Source: Antedon mediterranea (lineage: Eukaryota > Animalia > Echinodermata). From it: a DNA stretch of 64,000 bases. Location of the stretch: NCBI RefSeq assembly GCF_964355755.1, contig NC_092672.1, forward strand, positions 18,613,237 through 18,677,236, written 5' to 3'. Positions within the stretch are counted from its first letter, which is position 1. The number at the start of each line of letters is the position of its first letter. This document shows positions 36,601 to 51,600 of the stretch, piece after piece. The notes beneath the pieces were generated by a model. It saw only the letters and a list, made by a program, of their open reading frames with translations. It ran no database searches and was not told where the DNA came from. A program made the position numbers and the translations under genes.

Positions 36601-39600
36601 AATGGCATTGGAACACGTCACTTTGTTGCTAGAAACTAGTTAGATCATGGTAATTCTTTAGGTGCATTCAATGGCATTGGAACACGTCACTTTGTTGCTA
36701 GAAACTAGTTACATCATGGTAATTCTTTAGGTGCATTCAATGGCATTGGAACACCTCACTTTGTTGCTAGAAACTAGTTACATCATGGTAATTCTTTAGG
36801 TGCATTCAATGGCATTGGAACACGTCACTTTGTTGCTAGAAACTAGTTACATCATGGTAATTCTTTAGGTGCATTCAATGGCATTGGAACACGTCACTTT
36901 GTTGCTAGAAACTAGTTACATCATGGTAATTCTTTAGGTGCATTCAATGGCATTGGAACACCTCACTTTGTTGCTAGAAACTAGTTACATCATGGTAATT
37001 CTTTAGGTGCATTCAATGGCATTGGAACACGTCACTTTGTTGCTAGAAACTAGTTACATCATGGTAATTCTTTAGGTGCATTCAATGGCATTGGAACACG
37101 TCACTTTGTTGCTAGAAACTAGTTACATCATGGTAATTCTTTAGGTGCATTCAATGGCATTGAACACGTCACTTTGTTGCTAGAAACTAGTTACATCATG
37201 GTAATTCTTTAGGTGCATGCAATGGCATTGGAACACCTCACTTTGTTGGACTGAGTTTTGGCAGATTCTAGATGCAGGAAACGACCAACAACAAAATGCA
37301 TACATATCTTTATATACATAGGTTGTTACAATTCAAAGCTTCCAATTGTAAACAGGACAACGGAATAGGCAATGAGAGCAAATCATCTTGCTTAAATTCA
37401 CACAGGTCTCGAATGTGTGCCTTATCACGCCCCTACTGACTGTACATTAACAATCAACATTTTGTCATGGCAATACTTACTACTATCAATTTCTCTTCTG
37501 TCTACTTCATCATATACATCTGTAGCTAGTTCTTTAAATAAGTGATCTGAAAGCTGAATAGTAAACAAAAACAATCTTTAGTCAACGTTGTTTTTCTATG
37601 CTACTGCGCTGCCCACACTTATATTTAGCTGTGCCTACAGTACAGATCATTAATCAACCTGTAGTTGATAGACTTTATTTCATTGTCGCCAACAACACTA
37701 TGACAAAGTGACTTTTAACATTAGTACTTGAAAAGTATTGTATTATTATATTATTTACTATGAATGATGAATTAAAAGCAACTTACTGCTTGTAGTTTCC
37801 TTCTAGCAGATTCAGCCAGTTCAGATCTGTCTAGAGAACTATCTTTCATTTCAGGAATGAGAAAGTTTGATGTTGTATGATCTAAATGAAAAATGATTAT
37901 TAATATTCCTTTATAGTGTACAGAAATGAACCTTCTAGGATGTTTTCACAAACAATTACATTAGTAAATCTCTAAACATTCTTTCAGAATTCTGTTTTGT
38001 TAATTGTATTTCAATTTTAGACAGGATACTATAATTATTAGTTATATATTAATATAATTAAAAAAACATTGGAACAAACATATTTTTTAATTACGACCTT
38101 GTAGATGTACACATTTTGGCCTCCTTACTAACCTTATCATGTTTAATTAAAGAATATTTATATTACAATTTTTCATTTATTAATTTTTTAAATAACAGCA
38201 GATAGCCATCACAGGTTAACTTTAAAAAAAACTATACATAAAAATACATTTACTATCATTTCAGGGGAAACCATCGTATGACAAAGCATGAATATTATGC
38301 ATTCTCTTTACTCTTGTTATTAGTATACAGTATTGGTCAGAGGACTTTCGACATTCCTCGCATATTTTGAACAATTGTTGACCGAGCGTTGTTCGAGTAT
38401 TGATAGCAATATTCACAAGCGTCGCTATCCTCGAGTAATACATTAACGTCACAATCCTCACATGAATGGCTTTATCGAGCAGCGATTTCCGGCTAGCAGT
38501 TTATCCTGATGTCATTGTCTTTCGTGTTCCACGTTATTAGCATAAAAAAACGAAATAGCAAATGTCAATCAACAATTCAGCGATGGGTGTCACATGAAGG
38601 TGATTAACACCTCACAAGGCTTTTAAAAGACGATTTTCGTTCGTTCAGTTGTGACCAGCTGAGTGTAACTAAATAAAATAACATAGCGTTTTCAGGGTAT
38701 TTCAGGACACCATGTTGATTAAAAAATCGTACCGCCTGAAATGTCAGTAATCTATTCTATTGTTATTTATTTCAAAGGCGTACCATGTCATTTTTTTGGG
38801 GCTCTTTGTATGTTTACTATAATAAAATCATTTAATAATGTTAGGCCAAGGTTTGTTTACTTTATCAGGCCTAGTAAAGTCAGATTCGACTCTCGTTTCG
38901 AGAGTGCACAGTGGAAAAAGATAAATTCGCGGCAAGAGCTGATGAGAAAACCATGTGCTTGCTGCGTGACCTCAAGTTTTGTAAATCTAGGGTTGATGAC
39001 CATCAACATAGCAAAGATCATAGATGCGCGTTTATTCGGCTAGCAAGCGTGCAATATAGTAGGTCTAGTTTAGCTATCAACTCGGTGTTGTAGACTCAGA
39101 ATTTAAAGATATGAATTTTTCCATGACTTTGAAGCTGTTCATGTGAATTTTAAATGTATATTTTACTGTTTTTTTATTATGTTAATTAATATATACTTTG
39201 TATTATTTGTTTGCACTCGATCGCTCGATCCCTCGCTAAACGCTCAAGAAACATTCTAGAAAAACACGAGCGGGAATGTCGAAAGTGCTCTGACCAGTAC
39301 TGTAAGTATACAGCTAATAGATGGTATTACAATATTTTGTATAGAGAAGGTTTTACCTGGTTTCTTGCCACACAGATAGAATGCCAGTCTATCGGTTACC
39401 TCATACTCACACTCAACAAGTCGTTTGGCAAGTTCAATATGACCTTCACATCTACAAGATAGAATCAAACAAGAATTGCTGTAACTACCCGACTGTAATC
39501 AACTTAACATACTTTAGGCACCATCACTACTCTATACTACAGAAGAATGAGATCTGTCATTCAGGTTTTTGAGTTTGTAGTAAAATAGACTGCCATTTCA

Positions 39601-42600
39601 TCAAATCTGATTCAATAAACAAGTTTAAGTTTCGGCTACAAAGTATTCTGATTCTTTTTGTTTGTCCCATATAGTAGACAATAATGGAGTGAAAGAAGGC
39701 ACACAAGCTATGGCTTAATAAGTCTCAACAAGCTAAATCAAGGTTTAAACATTAAATTGAATTTAAGTTGTGTAGCTTGAGTGTGTTTTTTTGTGTAAAT
39801 GATCACAAGATATATAGTCTCCAATTCTTAGTATATGTCTGTTACATGGAAAAATAGAAATAGAAGCACTTGCAATGGCAGTAAGACCAACTCAATTCAA
39901 CTATTCTATGTTAACGCACTGCTTTCAATAAAAAAAACAAGCTTTTTGAACACTATAGGAAGTTGTGATTTATGTGGTATCATAAATAAGTAAATATCAA
40001 CCATGCAAGGTACCAATGAGTAATCATAATGCTCAGTCTACAGACCACCTTGCATATGTAGTTCCTCTATTAATATCTCTCCAAATACTAACCTTGCCAA
40101 ATCAGCAGGTGTGTAGCCCTCCCCATCTATTGAGCCTGGATCAGCTCCGTATGCAATCAGCAATTCACACTGTAACATCTGTCCTGCTTTGCTAGCATGA
40201 TGTAAACATGTGTTTTTCTTCTCCTTTTAGCACAAAAGAAAATGATATAGATACAAAATAAAATAGATTAGATATTATATAGTATTGTATCATTAGTGAA
40301 ATAGGTGATGTTCTTAAAAAACTTAACATAATTACCTATCTTTACTGTACAATTAAGGAATAAATATAGTAGTAGGGAAATGAGCTGGATCTACCAGCTG
40401 GATAATAGCCAGAACCAGACAAATATCATGATTCATATGTCCTCTTTGTTGTGTATTATACAAATAAATATCCTATTATGTTAGATTAATGTAATGTTAA
40501 AGTTGAAGCGGTTCAACTGCTGTGTTGGCTTGTTATCCCATGGTTTCCTCTTGGTAAGACTGCCTTGTCTCATGTAAAGTTATATCAAAACTTGATATTA
40601 TGCACATTATAGTCCAGTAAATATAAGTCAAAATTAGGTTGAACCTAGAACAATTGCAACAGAATTTTGTCCGGTTGGTGTAGTCCAAATAAACATCATA
40701 TCCAAGGTTACTAAAATTGGTTAATTTGCATAAATTCAAAATGGCCACCATTTACGATTTTGAAGCCCCGTAACAGTGTGCAGTGCATTACGAGTAGATA
40801 TAAATGTGGTATTTTAATATGGTAATTTTAATATGCTCATTGGAAAGATTAAAATCTTTCAAATGAGCATATTAAAATTACCATATGATGAACCAATGAC
40901 GTCATAAGGTAGTCATATATTATATAACTTAAATGACATTATCCTATGCTAAAAAATTTCCTTGACCTCAATAAAGTATGGAACACAAAAAGTGCTAATA
41001 GTTAATATAAAAATGGCAGGATTCAGGCCTAATAACAAAATAAAACACAACCGAGGCCAGTGGTATTTACTTACCTGAAAAAAAATGCAAAAGAGCAATC
41101 AAATTGGCTGCCAGTCAATGGGTTTTTTGTTGAATTTAACAATTTATTTTTTATTTTATATAAGTGAAGAAATTTTTTTAGGCCTAGGCCTATGAAAGCT
41201 AGTTGTTTCTATGGAAGTAAATAACTTTATTAAAACTACAAAATGACCTATTCAAAGTCTGATATAATTAATCTGAACCTTTATTATGTTTTTGTGGGAC
41301 AATAGCCTAAAAATAGAATAATATGCCCCAGGCCTTTAATAAAGAAAAATTTGTGAAATTATTATTAAGAAATATTTAATATTATTATTCTATCAATTTG
41401 CTGTGTTTGCACTTTTTGGGCTCCATACTTTATTGGAGGCTGAGTTGACTGATTAGTTTTTGGCTGAGTTGACGTGAGGCCGACTTGACTTAAAGCAAAC
41501 TTATGTCTGGGCCACATTGACTTTGGCCGAAATGGTTTAGGGCCGACTTGGACCGAATTTTAACTATTACTATGCAATTTTGCTGGCTAGGCTAAGATGA
41601 GGCGAAAGCAAACAGGGGCTTGGTTGGAGCAGGCCTAGTTAGTGGCACACTTTCGCTGCAAGGAAGCCAAAAAAAGGGCTTGCATTTGATAATTGGTCGC
41701 TTCCAGAAACTATATGTAATAATAAATATTTCCAAATCATACTTTATTTGTTTCTTCATATTTTAACTTGCGAAGTTTACCTGGTCTATAGTTCGAGGGC
41801 ATGGCAGTAACTATATACCGGCAATTATAATCAATCACATACTTGTAAGCTTTGAAGTTTGCTTCTACACAAAGCTAGTTCTTGAAATGCTTTACTTGAG
41901 ATAAAATCACTTTTGGTGGTGATATGTAAACAAAATACACGTTTGTATGCTTTTGTACTTACAGGATGATAATAATTTGCTTCTGCTCCAAGTGATAGAA
42001 GTCGAAGACATGTTTCTAGATTGGAAGTTCTTACACATGAATAAAGTTGCTGTTTAAAAAGAAAAGTGGAGTTTTTCATTGAAAAGTACTAATGGTTGGT
42101 ATTTTAAACAAAATAAAAACGTAACACAATTTTGAAATTCATTATGGCATAATATAATTGTTGTACATTGTTCTAATCAGGCTCTACAGCTGTATTTAGT
42201 AGAAAGAAAGAAAGTAAACAAACTTTGCTGAAATCTTTGGCTGAAGCTCCATCTTCATCTTTGAGTCGATGGACAAATTCCAGTCTCCCATATTTGGCCT
42301 TGATAAAATCGGATCTTGTAGGGCTACAAATAAATAATATGTTAACAAATTATGATTGGAATGTAGTATAAAAATTATAATATAATGAAAAATAATATAT
42401 AATATAAATATTTCAAAGTAATATTAAGTATGATAGAGGAATTTATGTGCCCTTAAATCTGCCTTGAAAACTCATCTTTTTCTTTCAGATTGAGCTCTAT
42501 CATACACCGCATTTTGATCACTTATTGCTAGAATTGGCGCGTTACAAATTCGTACTATTATTATTATTTTAGTTTTAAAAATATTTTTTTTTTATTAAAA

Positions 42601-45600
42601 TTTTCTTGATTTTTGTTTACATAACAAAAAATGGTTAATTATTCAACCAATCAGATAATTGAAGAAAAAATAAAGTGTCATTACCGAACAACAAAGTGCT
42701 CACTCACAACACAACGATTTGTCCGTAAGGTCAAAGGTTAAAAATGATTGCATTACATATCCGATTATTATTTGATTGGGTATTAACCGAAAAAGGTTAA
42801 ACCTTGTTTTCACAGGAAATGTTTCGGTTAATTATGAGTTAATTGTTGGCTGCAGAAACATGGCACATGACATATATTAGGTATAAATACTAGCGTCTTT
42901 GTTTCAAGTGCCATTTCAATTGCACCCCTTCAGTGATGGGATTTGATGAAAAATTATATCAATTATTGCAATTATTAGTAAAAAATCACAACTACAGTAC
43001 AGGTACAAGTAGCAAATTGTTATGAAAGATACATAATGTATGTGGTATTCAAACAGAATTTTATTTACAAATCTAAAATGAGTTAGTATGAGAAAAGGAG
43101 CGATGGATGTTAATAGTTTAAATGAGTTAGTATGAGAAAAGGAGCGATGGATGTTAATAGTTTAAATGAGTTAGTATGAGAAAAGGAGCGATGGATGTTA
43201 ATAGTTTAAATGAGTTAGTATGAGAAAAGGAGCGATGGATGTTAATAGTTTAGATGAGTTAGTATGAGAAAAGGAGCGATGGATGTTAATAGTTTAAATG
43301 AGTTAGTATGAGAAAAGGAGCGATGGATGTTAATAGTTTAAATGAGTTAGTATGAGAAAAGGAGCGATGGATGTTAATAGTTTGGTTTTGTTTAGTCAAT
43401 TTCAATAGTTTTGATTTCCTTAACATCACAATTTATATAGTTTCTACAAATGGATTTCATACAAATAACAAATGAGAGGAAAAATGGTAAATGCAAAAAA
43501 AAAATGCACCTAATAATCAGAAGATATAGGGCATGCCAAGCCTAACCATTCAAAAAGGCAGCGCTCAAATATATTTACAACTACATAGGGGATTTTTTCA
43601 AACAAATGAAATGTTTATCCGTTTATAAAGCATGCATAGTTTAATTTTTATCTATGACGCTCTGTTGCTTTGTATATGCACGGATTAGATCACTATCACA
43701 ATTGATGGTATCTTGTATGACATTACTGTATAACTAATATAGTATAATTAATGGTGTTTTTTAATGGACAACAGAATTAAATATGGCTTTGATGTTTAAC
43801 CAATACACATAACTCACTGGGTTGGGTCTTTGGCGTTTGGTTTACGTTTTCCACTACGTACTTGTGATGGATCTAATAGCGAGTGTTCCCATATGGAATT
43901 CACACCACAGTTAACCAATGCATCCAGCATCTGTAAATAATAAGATTTTCATTTCAATTCATCTATATTATCTTCTGCTTACATTTTAAAATATCTTTTA
44001 AGTTGTAATAAGTGCCTGGACAAATATTTTATACTTCTAAAGCGACGTTCCACAAACACTGAGCAGTGGGCCATGAAAGATCTTGAAGTGCAACAGGATG
44101 GCTTGAGAAATTGACAAAAAGTGTTTGATGTATAGCAAAATTGTGTAAACTAGATGGTACGCTCGCTTCGCTCGCGTACCATCTAGGTCGTGCCCACAGA
44201 TGGTTCTCGAATACATAATAATTTCAGCGTTAAAGAACTGGCGATTTCAAATGCAGGACAATAATACATGTCGTTTACAGGAACGAATAAATAGACACTG
44301 TGATTTATGTACTCAACTAAAATTAGCACCCTGGGAATTACTTCCGAAAGAGAAACTTGTCACAAAATGAGACAAATTTTTTAAGTCAAATTTAAACAAA
44401 CTTAATTTGTGTTTTGTATGTAACATTAGGGTTGAGGGATGGGGAAGAGGATGGGTGCAAAGAAGAACAATTTTTAAATATATTCTTTATCCATTTAGTA
44501 ACGAAATATTAATTGTTTTCATGTTTTACAAATAATATACCACTATACACAGTAAAACATTGCGATTTTTTAATACTTTGTTGAAACTATCACCGTCGAT
44601 TGAAATAGTATAGTACATGTAACGATACATCACTACGACGTGTATATGTTTATATAATTTAAAACAATTTGTGAAAACCACCTCTATTCGGGCAAAATCA
44701 TAAATTCGATTTAATGGTCAATAAATATTAAATTATCTAACTCAACTTAATTAGTAGGCATAATGGTTTTCAATTGTTTCTTAGAGCCAATTCATACTTA
44801 AGTTGGTTCCTACCCTACCCTCCAAAGTTGTTCTGCGTTTAGGGCATGTGATGTACCGTAGGCCCATCCTCTACTGGTTTTACAACGCTACTCATGCCAG
44901 TGAGGGAAGGGTGGTGATGTGGGTGGTTTAACTGCAATAATAAAGATGTTTACATAATATACGGCGAGTGAAAGCGCTAGCTCATTATCTGTTGAAAAAA
45001 ATGTATATCCAACCTCTGCAGCACAGATTGAAATGGTTGGGTTGGTTGAAAAAAAATGGATCGAATTTCTGTTATGAGTATACAGTACTTGCCTTTACGA
45101 CGCCTGAGGGAATAGACACTTGTCCCATTCATCGCAAATCAATACATTTGTATAAACGTATATTAAATCTATCAAAATAGTATTTAAAAAAAAAAATCGG
45201 CCTGTCTTCAACATTATGATGCTGTACTCGAGCTGTTCAACCGGTTTTCAGCCATTAAAAACAATTATCGTAGGAGGAGATAGGAAAATGCGAAGCATCC
45301 TTGTATTATTGTCTGCGGGTATTTTTCAAGACGGACATCCATTAGACAGTGTATACCACGATCGAAAAACACCCCTATTTAGGGCAAATCGTTGAACCTA
45401 AATTCGTTTTAATCGTCAATAACTAATTATCGAACTCAATTTAATTAGTAAACAGGGTTACATCTGGTGGTTAAAATCAGTACCGAAAGTACGAACCAAC
45501 TTTATATACCATCGAGTAAACATTCTAGAAATAACGCGCGATTTACCGAATTTTGCCCTTACGTAAATTTATATATAAATTGCTACGAAAATGTTTGTAA

Positions 45601-48600
45601 ATATACCAAACACCAATGATAAGTTTTGGAAGTAATGTCTTAACTATTGATCACAATGTAATGTAAAATCATGTGTAAATCTGTGATGAGCGCCACAGTG
45701 ACATGTGCTTTATAAAAAAGAAACCCTGCTAGGCTGCGCTGAATTTGTTCTTGATTGGCTGGTGGATCAGTACAATTTAACTTCCACAAACCTGTCTTAC
45801 CCCAGCCCCAAACATGGTGGTGGCTAGTGGTGGACTTTTTTATAGCTTCATTATGTTAACCCAGTCGTGGCTTATGGTTTATAATTACCGAAAGCATAAC
45901 ACTATGATTTAAATTTAAATCATGTTTCGTGAAAACTTCACAATCGTATTGATAATTATGAGTTATCTATTTCATTTGTTTGTCATGTAAATATCAGGAA
46001 ATAAATCTATAAATAGCTGTATGAATGAGTAATACAGGAGATTTAACATTCAAATTATGTTTATAGAACTCACAAGCTCACTTATGTTTATAGATAGATA
46101 ACAACTCACAATCTCACTTTTACATTAATTTATGCATACTAAATTAATATCAAAACAATGACACTTATTTAGTAATTGCTTCAAAGTCAAATTAGCTATA
46201 AGCTAATTTTTGTTTAGATTTTGTCTTATACTATCTCTAATAGATCTATTTCAGTTTGACTTACTGTATCCAAATAGACTTACCTCTAGCTGACTGCGAG
46301 GCCATGATGGACCTCCTCGTAAAGGCTTGATCTGTGAGACGTGCCGGCCTAGACTACGATGGACAGATGAACATTCATCACATAGAACAACACCACGATT
46401 TATAGAAGCCCATGAAGGATCTAAATACAAAATGTATTTAATGTTTAGTAAACAATATATAGTAAAATTTTATCTATCCTGTAATTGGTAAGTTGCTCGC
46501 AGTTGTACAGTAAACAGTGAATTAAACTTTTACAGAAATTAAATTGCTGTCAGTCTGTCTCAGAATTACGGAATAGAGAACGAGTAAAGTGGAGGACTGA
46601 AGGCAATGAACCACCAAGACTTTGGATATAAAAAAACAAGGTCAGAACATATCAAAACAGAAAATATAGCTTTTTTAAAGATCTAATTTATTTTGTGCAC
46701 ATGTGTTCATATCAGGATTGTAAAAATTCAAATTAATCAGGCAGAAATTAAACACATTATTCGTCTTGAAATCCGCCTTGCTTTTTCTACAATCTTATCT
46801 GCAGAAATGTTACTAAAAACAGTTTCAATACACACATTTTATGAACAATTGATATTTATTTAAATTTTACTTATAAATGATTTTATGTATTGTACAGTAC
46901 AGTATATTTTATTTTATTTCAAGTACAGTACTTACAATACGATATTATTTATTTTTACTTTTTTTTAACAAGGTAAATATTGATTTTTATATAACACCTA
47001 AATAAATTCCTGTCATTTGATTGGACGATTGTGGGTCACATGGCGTGCAATAGTACGCACTATTAAACGATCGTTTAATATAGTTAATAGTGCAATGTTT
47101 ATTGAACATGGTGTCCCTTCCTTTAATGAGTACAAGCGAACGTATGTTGAATAGTGGTAACATCCTCGTTGCTTGTGTTTGCAAACATATGCTCCACAAC
47201 TCCAAAATGTATTGTAGATGGAGAAGCATTCTATAGTACTTAAGTTTAGAGTTTACGATTTTTCTTTTTCTGTTTATAAATTTATTAATATGGTTGATAT
47301 TTCTGAAATAAAAAGAAATTGAATTTAAATAGTACTTTTTTTCGTGTACGAAAAAAAATATATATATTTTCGTGTTTGGAAAATATTTTTTGATACTATT
47401 GCTTTTGAAATACAACAACGCCAGTTATTTTGTAGTGCCACGAAGATTGAATGTGATGACTCTCTGGTTTTGCGATGGAAGTACATCTTTGAAGAGATAT
47501 ATGCACTAATTTAGATCAAAAAGGCATTTAAATTAGCTTTAGTATGATTTTGATTAATTAATGTGAACATTTCTACAAGACATAATTAGCTTATATGAGT
47601 AATCTAGCATTTTTTGTATACAAGGATCAAATAGAATGCGTTAGCTTTTATACGCTTAACACGCTGCACTGTGTATCGTTCTCACGCAGATAGGCTAAAC
47701 ACAGGCATATACCAGTGCGTACTGCGTAGGGCATATCTGATTGGTTGATTGCAGCCGCCATCTTGTTGGTTCTCTTTCCATGGAGAATCACTTTTTGAAC
47801 TGCGATATAATATTGCAGTTTGCTATCTAGCCTTCGGCTATATAAAATCATTGGATATTACTGATCCATATGAGAGTAGGGTTAACATTGAGAGTTCTTG
47901 CTTATCTATGAGGAGATGTGTCTGTATACAACTAAAATCGAAAAACATAGTTAGAACATACCTATATTCTCTACTGGTTTTATCCAAATTTGATTAGGGT
48001 TTAAAAGCAAACTGGAAATCTAAATGCGGGTTACAAACCTTAAGCAGAATACACTTAAATAATGACTCAAGGAACTTCATCGGAATTGATGTTAGTGCAA
48101 AGAGTCTGAAGTTGTTAGCTGTAACAGGGCTGTTCCTTTTGGGTAGAGGTGTTATATATATACTCTGCTTAAAGATGAATTATCTTCAAAGACATGAAAA
48201 ATTAAGAATTATAAATATCAGACTTTACTGTAATAAAGTATTTCACTATAAAAAAAAAAAAAAACAAAAGTAAAGATGTAACTCATAAAAACAAAAATAA
48301 ATGGTAAATTAAACCAAAAACTCATTTTAGTTACAGAAAATTTGACTAATTGTTTGCTTTAATTACAGTTTTTTCAGAAAATCATGTTTTTTTGTGATCC
48401 ATCCAATTTTTAATCAAAGTGAATTATGTTACATTAAAATGGAATACAAAAAAAACCCCCATTAAATTATACTCTATAAGCTACTCCTGCCCAGTAAGAA
48501 AAATGAACGAAAAAACGAAAGCGGTTAAAATGTTGACGAGCTCAAAGGTCAGTATATAATTCATATAGCATGTAAAAATGTCAATCTGCTAGTAAATTTA

Positions 48601-51600
48601 ACTACCGGTGTCATTTAACATAATTTAATTCAAAGTTGTACGACTGCAAAAAATGTATTTAACTAAACAGAATACTGTATCTTATATGGTCTCTATACAT
48701 GGTATGTTGGTGGCCAAGCTAGTGGGTGTTTATGTTAAATGGTGTGTATTGGTGTGATAATTTACTGCATAAAATAACTTAAAAATTCAAAAAGATATGA
48801 TACTGTAAATAAACATTGTGATCACTTTAATATCTTTTTAACAAGTTTAATCATCCATCGTCTATTATCATATTACTGATACTCCATGACAAATGAAGCA
48901 ATCTCATTGTCTACACAAATACAATTAATTCGCTCAATTTAAACCTAGACTAACCGAAATGATGGATACCACATAATACGAAGTAATACTGTTAAAAGTA
49001 TGATTCAAGCATGATGCACAGCATGTTCAACAAGCCTGCAGCCAGACCTTTTTTAACTAGAAACCAGTAGTGCAAAGTATTGTGTAATAATAGCGTACGC
49101 AATCAAGATACTAAATTGTATATTTTTTTACTTCCTTTGAAAAATATATTGTCCCACTATAATTTTTTTTAATGGTTTAGTTCAATATGTCATTTTAAAA
49201 TAGTTATTCACTGTAACTTAAAGAAAAAAATAGTCACATAGATTGGAAATCAATAGGTTTTAGTTTTTCTCTCTTTTGACTATTAAAACTGCAAAATGGC
49301 CTACAGTATTCAAGGTCTTTTTTTTTTTATTATTAATCTTCATTTAATATTTTTAGGGGATATTATTGTTGTTAATGTTATGTTTTATTTTTGATGAACC
49401 TGATCTTTGACGCGAGGGTGATGTTTCTGCCGCACCATATTGTCTTCAATTTTGCCAGTGCTGCTGTTGTTTGTGCTATCCTGGACAATATCTCTATTTA
49501 GGACCCTTCATCAGTCACAATAACTCCCAGATATTTAAAGCTGTTTACAGTTTCAAGTTTCTGGTCCCTTACTGTGACTACCGTTTTGATGCCCTGGGGA
49601 TCTTTGTCTTCTCAGCACTGATCTCCATGCCGTATGCCTGTGAGGTCTTGTCCAGGTGCTTGACAAGTCAGCTCCTCTTCACTACCTGCTAAACCATCAA
49701 TGCCAATCGTTCTTTGCATCTTCTCCTACCTTGGCATTCCAGTCTCCCTGCACGATCAGGATGTCCTCCTTCGATACTTGATCCATCACCTCTTGCTGCT
49801 CCATATAAAATGTCTCTACTTCCTCATCTGAGTAGTTCGTGGTTGGAGCATACACCTGCACGATAGTGATGATACGACATAAGACTTGTCGGTAGCCCAT
49901 AACACAAGTTATTGTGTCTCTGCGGACTAAAAATCCTACTCCATGTTCATGTTTGTCATCTTTACTGCTGTAATACAGCTTGTGCCCTTCATGGGTTGAT
50001 GTATCCCTAAAGTTAATCCATCTCATCTCACAAAGTCCAAGAATCTTCCATCGGTCTCTTGCCATTTCATGTGTTAGCTCTTTTATTTTTTTCTCTTCTG
50101 CACGCAATGTTGTGAGGTTTCACATGCTTATTTCAAAGTTCTCTCTTGTTTCTCTTTTGTTTCTTTTCACCGAGTCGGTATGGAATGAGTGGTAGTCTTT
50201 GTCATCATGTGTTTTGTCTTGAGGTCCTCCCACCTGGAGAATCGCCCTGGTTGTGAACAGGTAGCTGTTGAGTCCGTTGTGGAGCCTTTCCGCCTTGCCC
50301 GGTGAGCTGCATCGTTGAGGTCCTTCGCCCTGTCATGCCGTGTAATAGCACTACGCAATTTCTTTCAGGGTTTGCTCACTTAGCCTTTGCCAAGGCTACT
50401 TGCAAGGCAGCGGACGGCTCATGGAGGGCGGGGTCGTCTAACTCCCTGTACAGATGTGAAGCATCTGCCCACTGCCTTTTTTGTTGTACACAGGTGCCCA
50501 ACACATACAACAATTTTCTTGTTTCCGAAGGGTTTAATGGCAGTATAGCAGCCACTTAACGATGCTCATTCGCCTGTCGACAACAAAAGGAGTTAAGATG
50601 GACCAGTACATCACTCGACTCAACTGTCATTAAACAATTTCAAGAGCATGCTTTGATTATAGGAAGTAAACAAAATATTACGAATTAAGAGTAAAAATAA
50701 AATTTAATCACAAAAAAGATCAACATTTTAGAACTATTATGGAACCATTCTCAAGAACAAATGAGTAATTAACAACTTAAACAAACCAAAAACCACCAAA
50801 AGCTCCTCTCATTAATTATTAAACAATTTTGCTTTGATTGGGATGTTTCGTTTGAGACAAGATTACAAATATCATATAAATTGGAAGAATTTGTTTCAAT
50901 AAAGTATTCTCAATATATAGTTAAAATCTAAAAATATACATTTAAACTTAATATTTGCCTTGGTTTTTTTTTATGGTTCTTCAGAAAATAGTGTCAATTA
51001 TTATTAATAGTTTTTAAAGCTTGGCTGCCATCTTGTAGAGAACTTCTCCATAAGATCCACCTTCACTGCCACCTAGTCCGCCCTCTAGCCTTTGGCTCTA
51101 TGGACTATTATAACTTTTTAAGACCATTTTTATTAAAATTTGTTGAATTAGTTTTTGTCAAACAATGTGTTTGCCAGCATTAATGTGAATAAATATTTAG
51201 GCCTATTCTAGGGCCTGGATGATTCGATCATGCATATACATTTTATTATTAAATTTATTGTTAGTTTAAAAATAATTATAAACCCCACACATTTAAATCA
51301 TTTTATTACTTTATTACATTCATTTATTACAGTCATATATCAACATTATTTACCATCAAACAACAACAAAAACTGACTGAATCCGGGTGTTTATTGCTAT
51401 GCAGGCATTCTTTGGGAAGGTTTTAGTAGGACCCTACAAAACTAAGCATAGATGCAGTAAGTGAGCTACTTAGGTAGTGCATTATAATGTCCTGGCTGGT
51501 TTAATGTTTTTAAAGTAATTAATTATTTTTACAAAACGTCAACAATTGCAAGGAAAGTGTCTTCCCTACCTAGTGAAACAAACCATTCAATATCCGTATG

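Noticed and set aside
1760-37248. CRISPR-like appearance of the regular arrays
   Set aside because: Units are head-to-tail with no unique spacers, there are no cas genes and the context is eukaryotic.
34581-37248. Micro-exon parse of the 69-bp satellite
   Set aside because: The best sense-strand parse (tttctag|CAACAAA|gtgacg) is 7 nt, frame-breaking and has a poor donor.
38261-39462. Similar short ORFs ECRKSSDQYC / ECRKCSDQYC on opposite strands
   Set aside because: They are translations of the two MITE TIRs.
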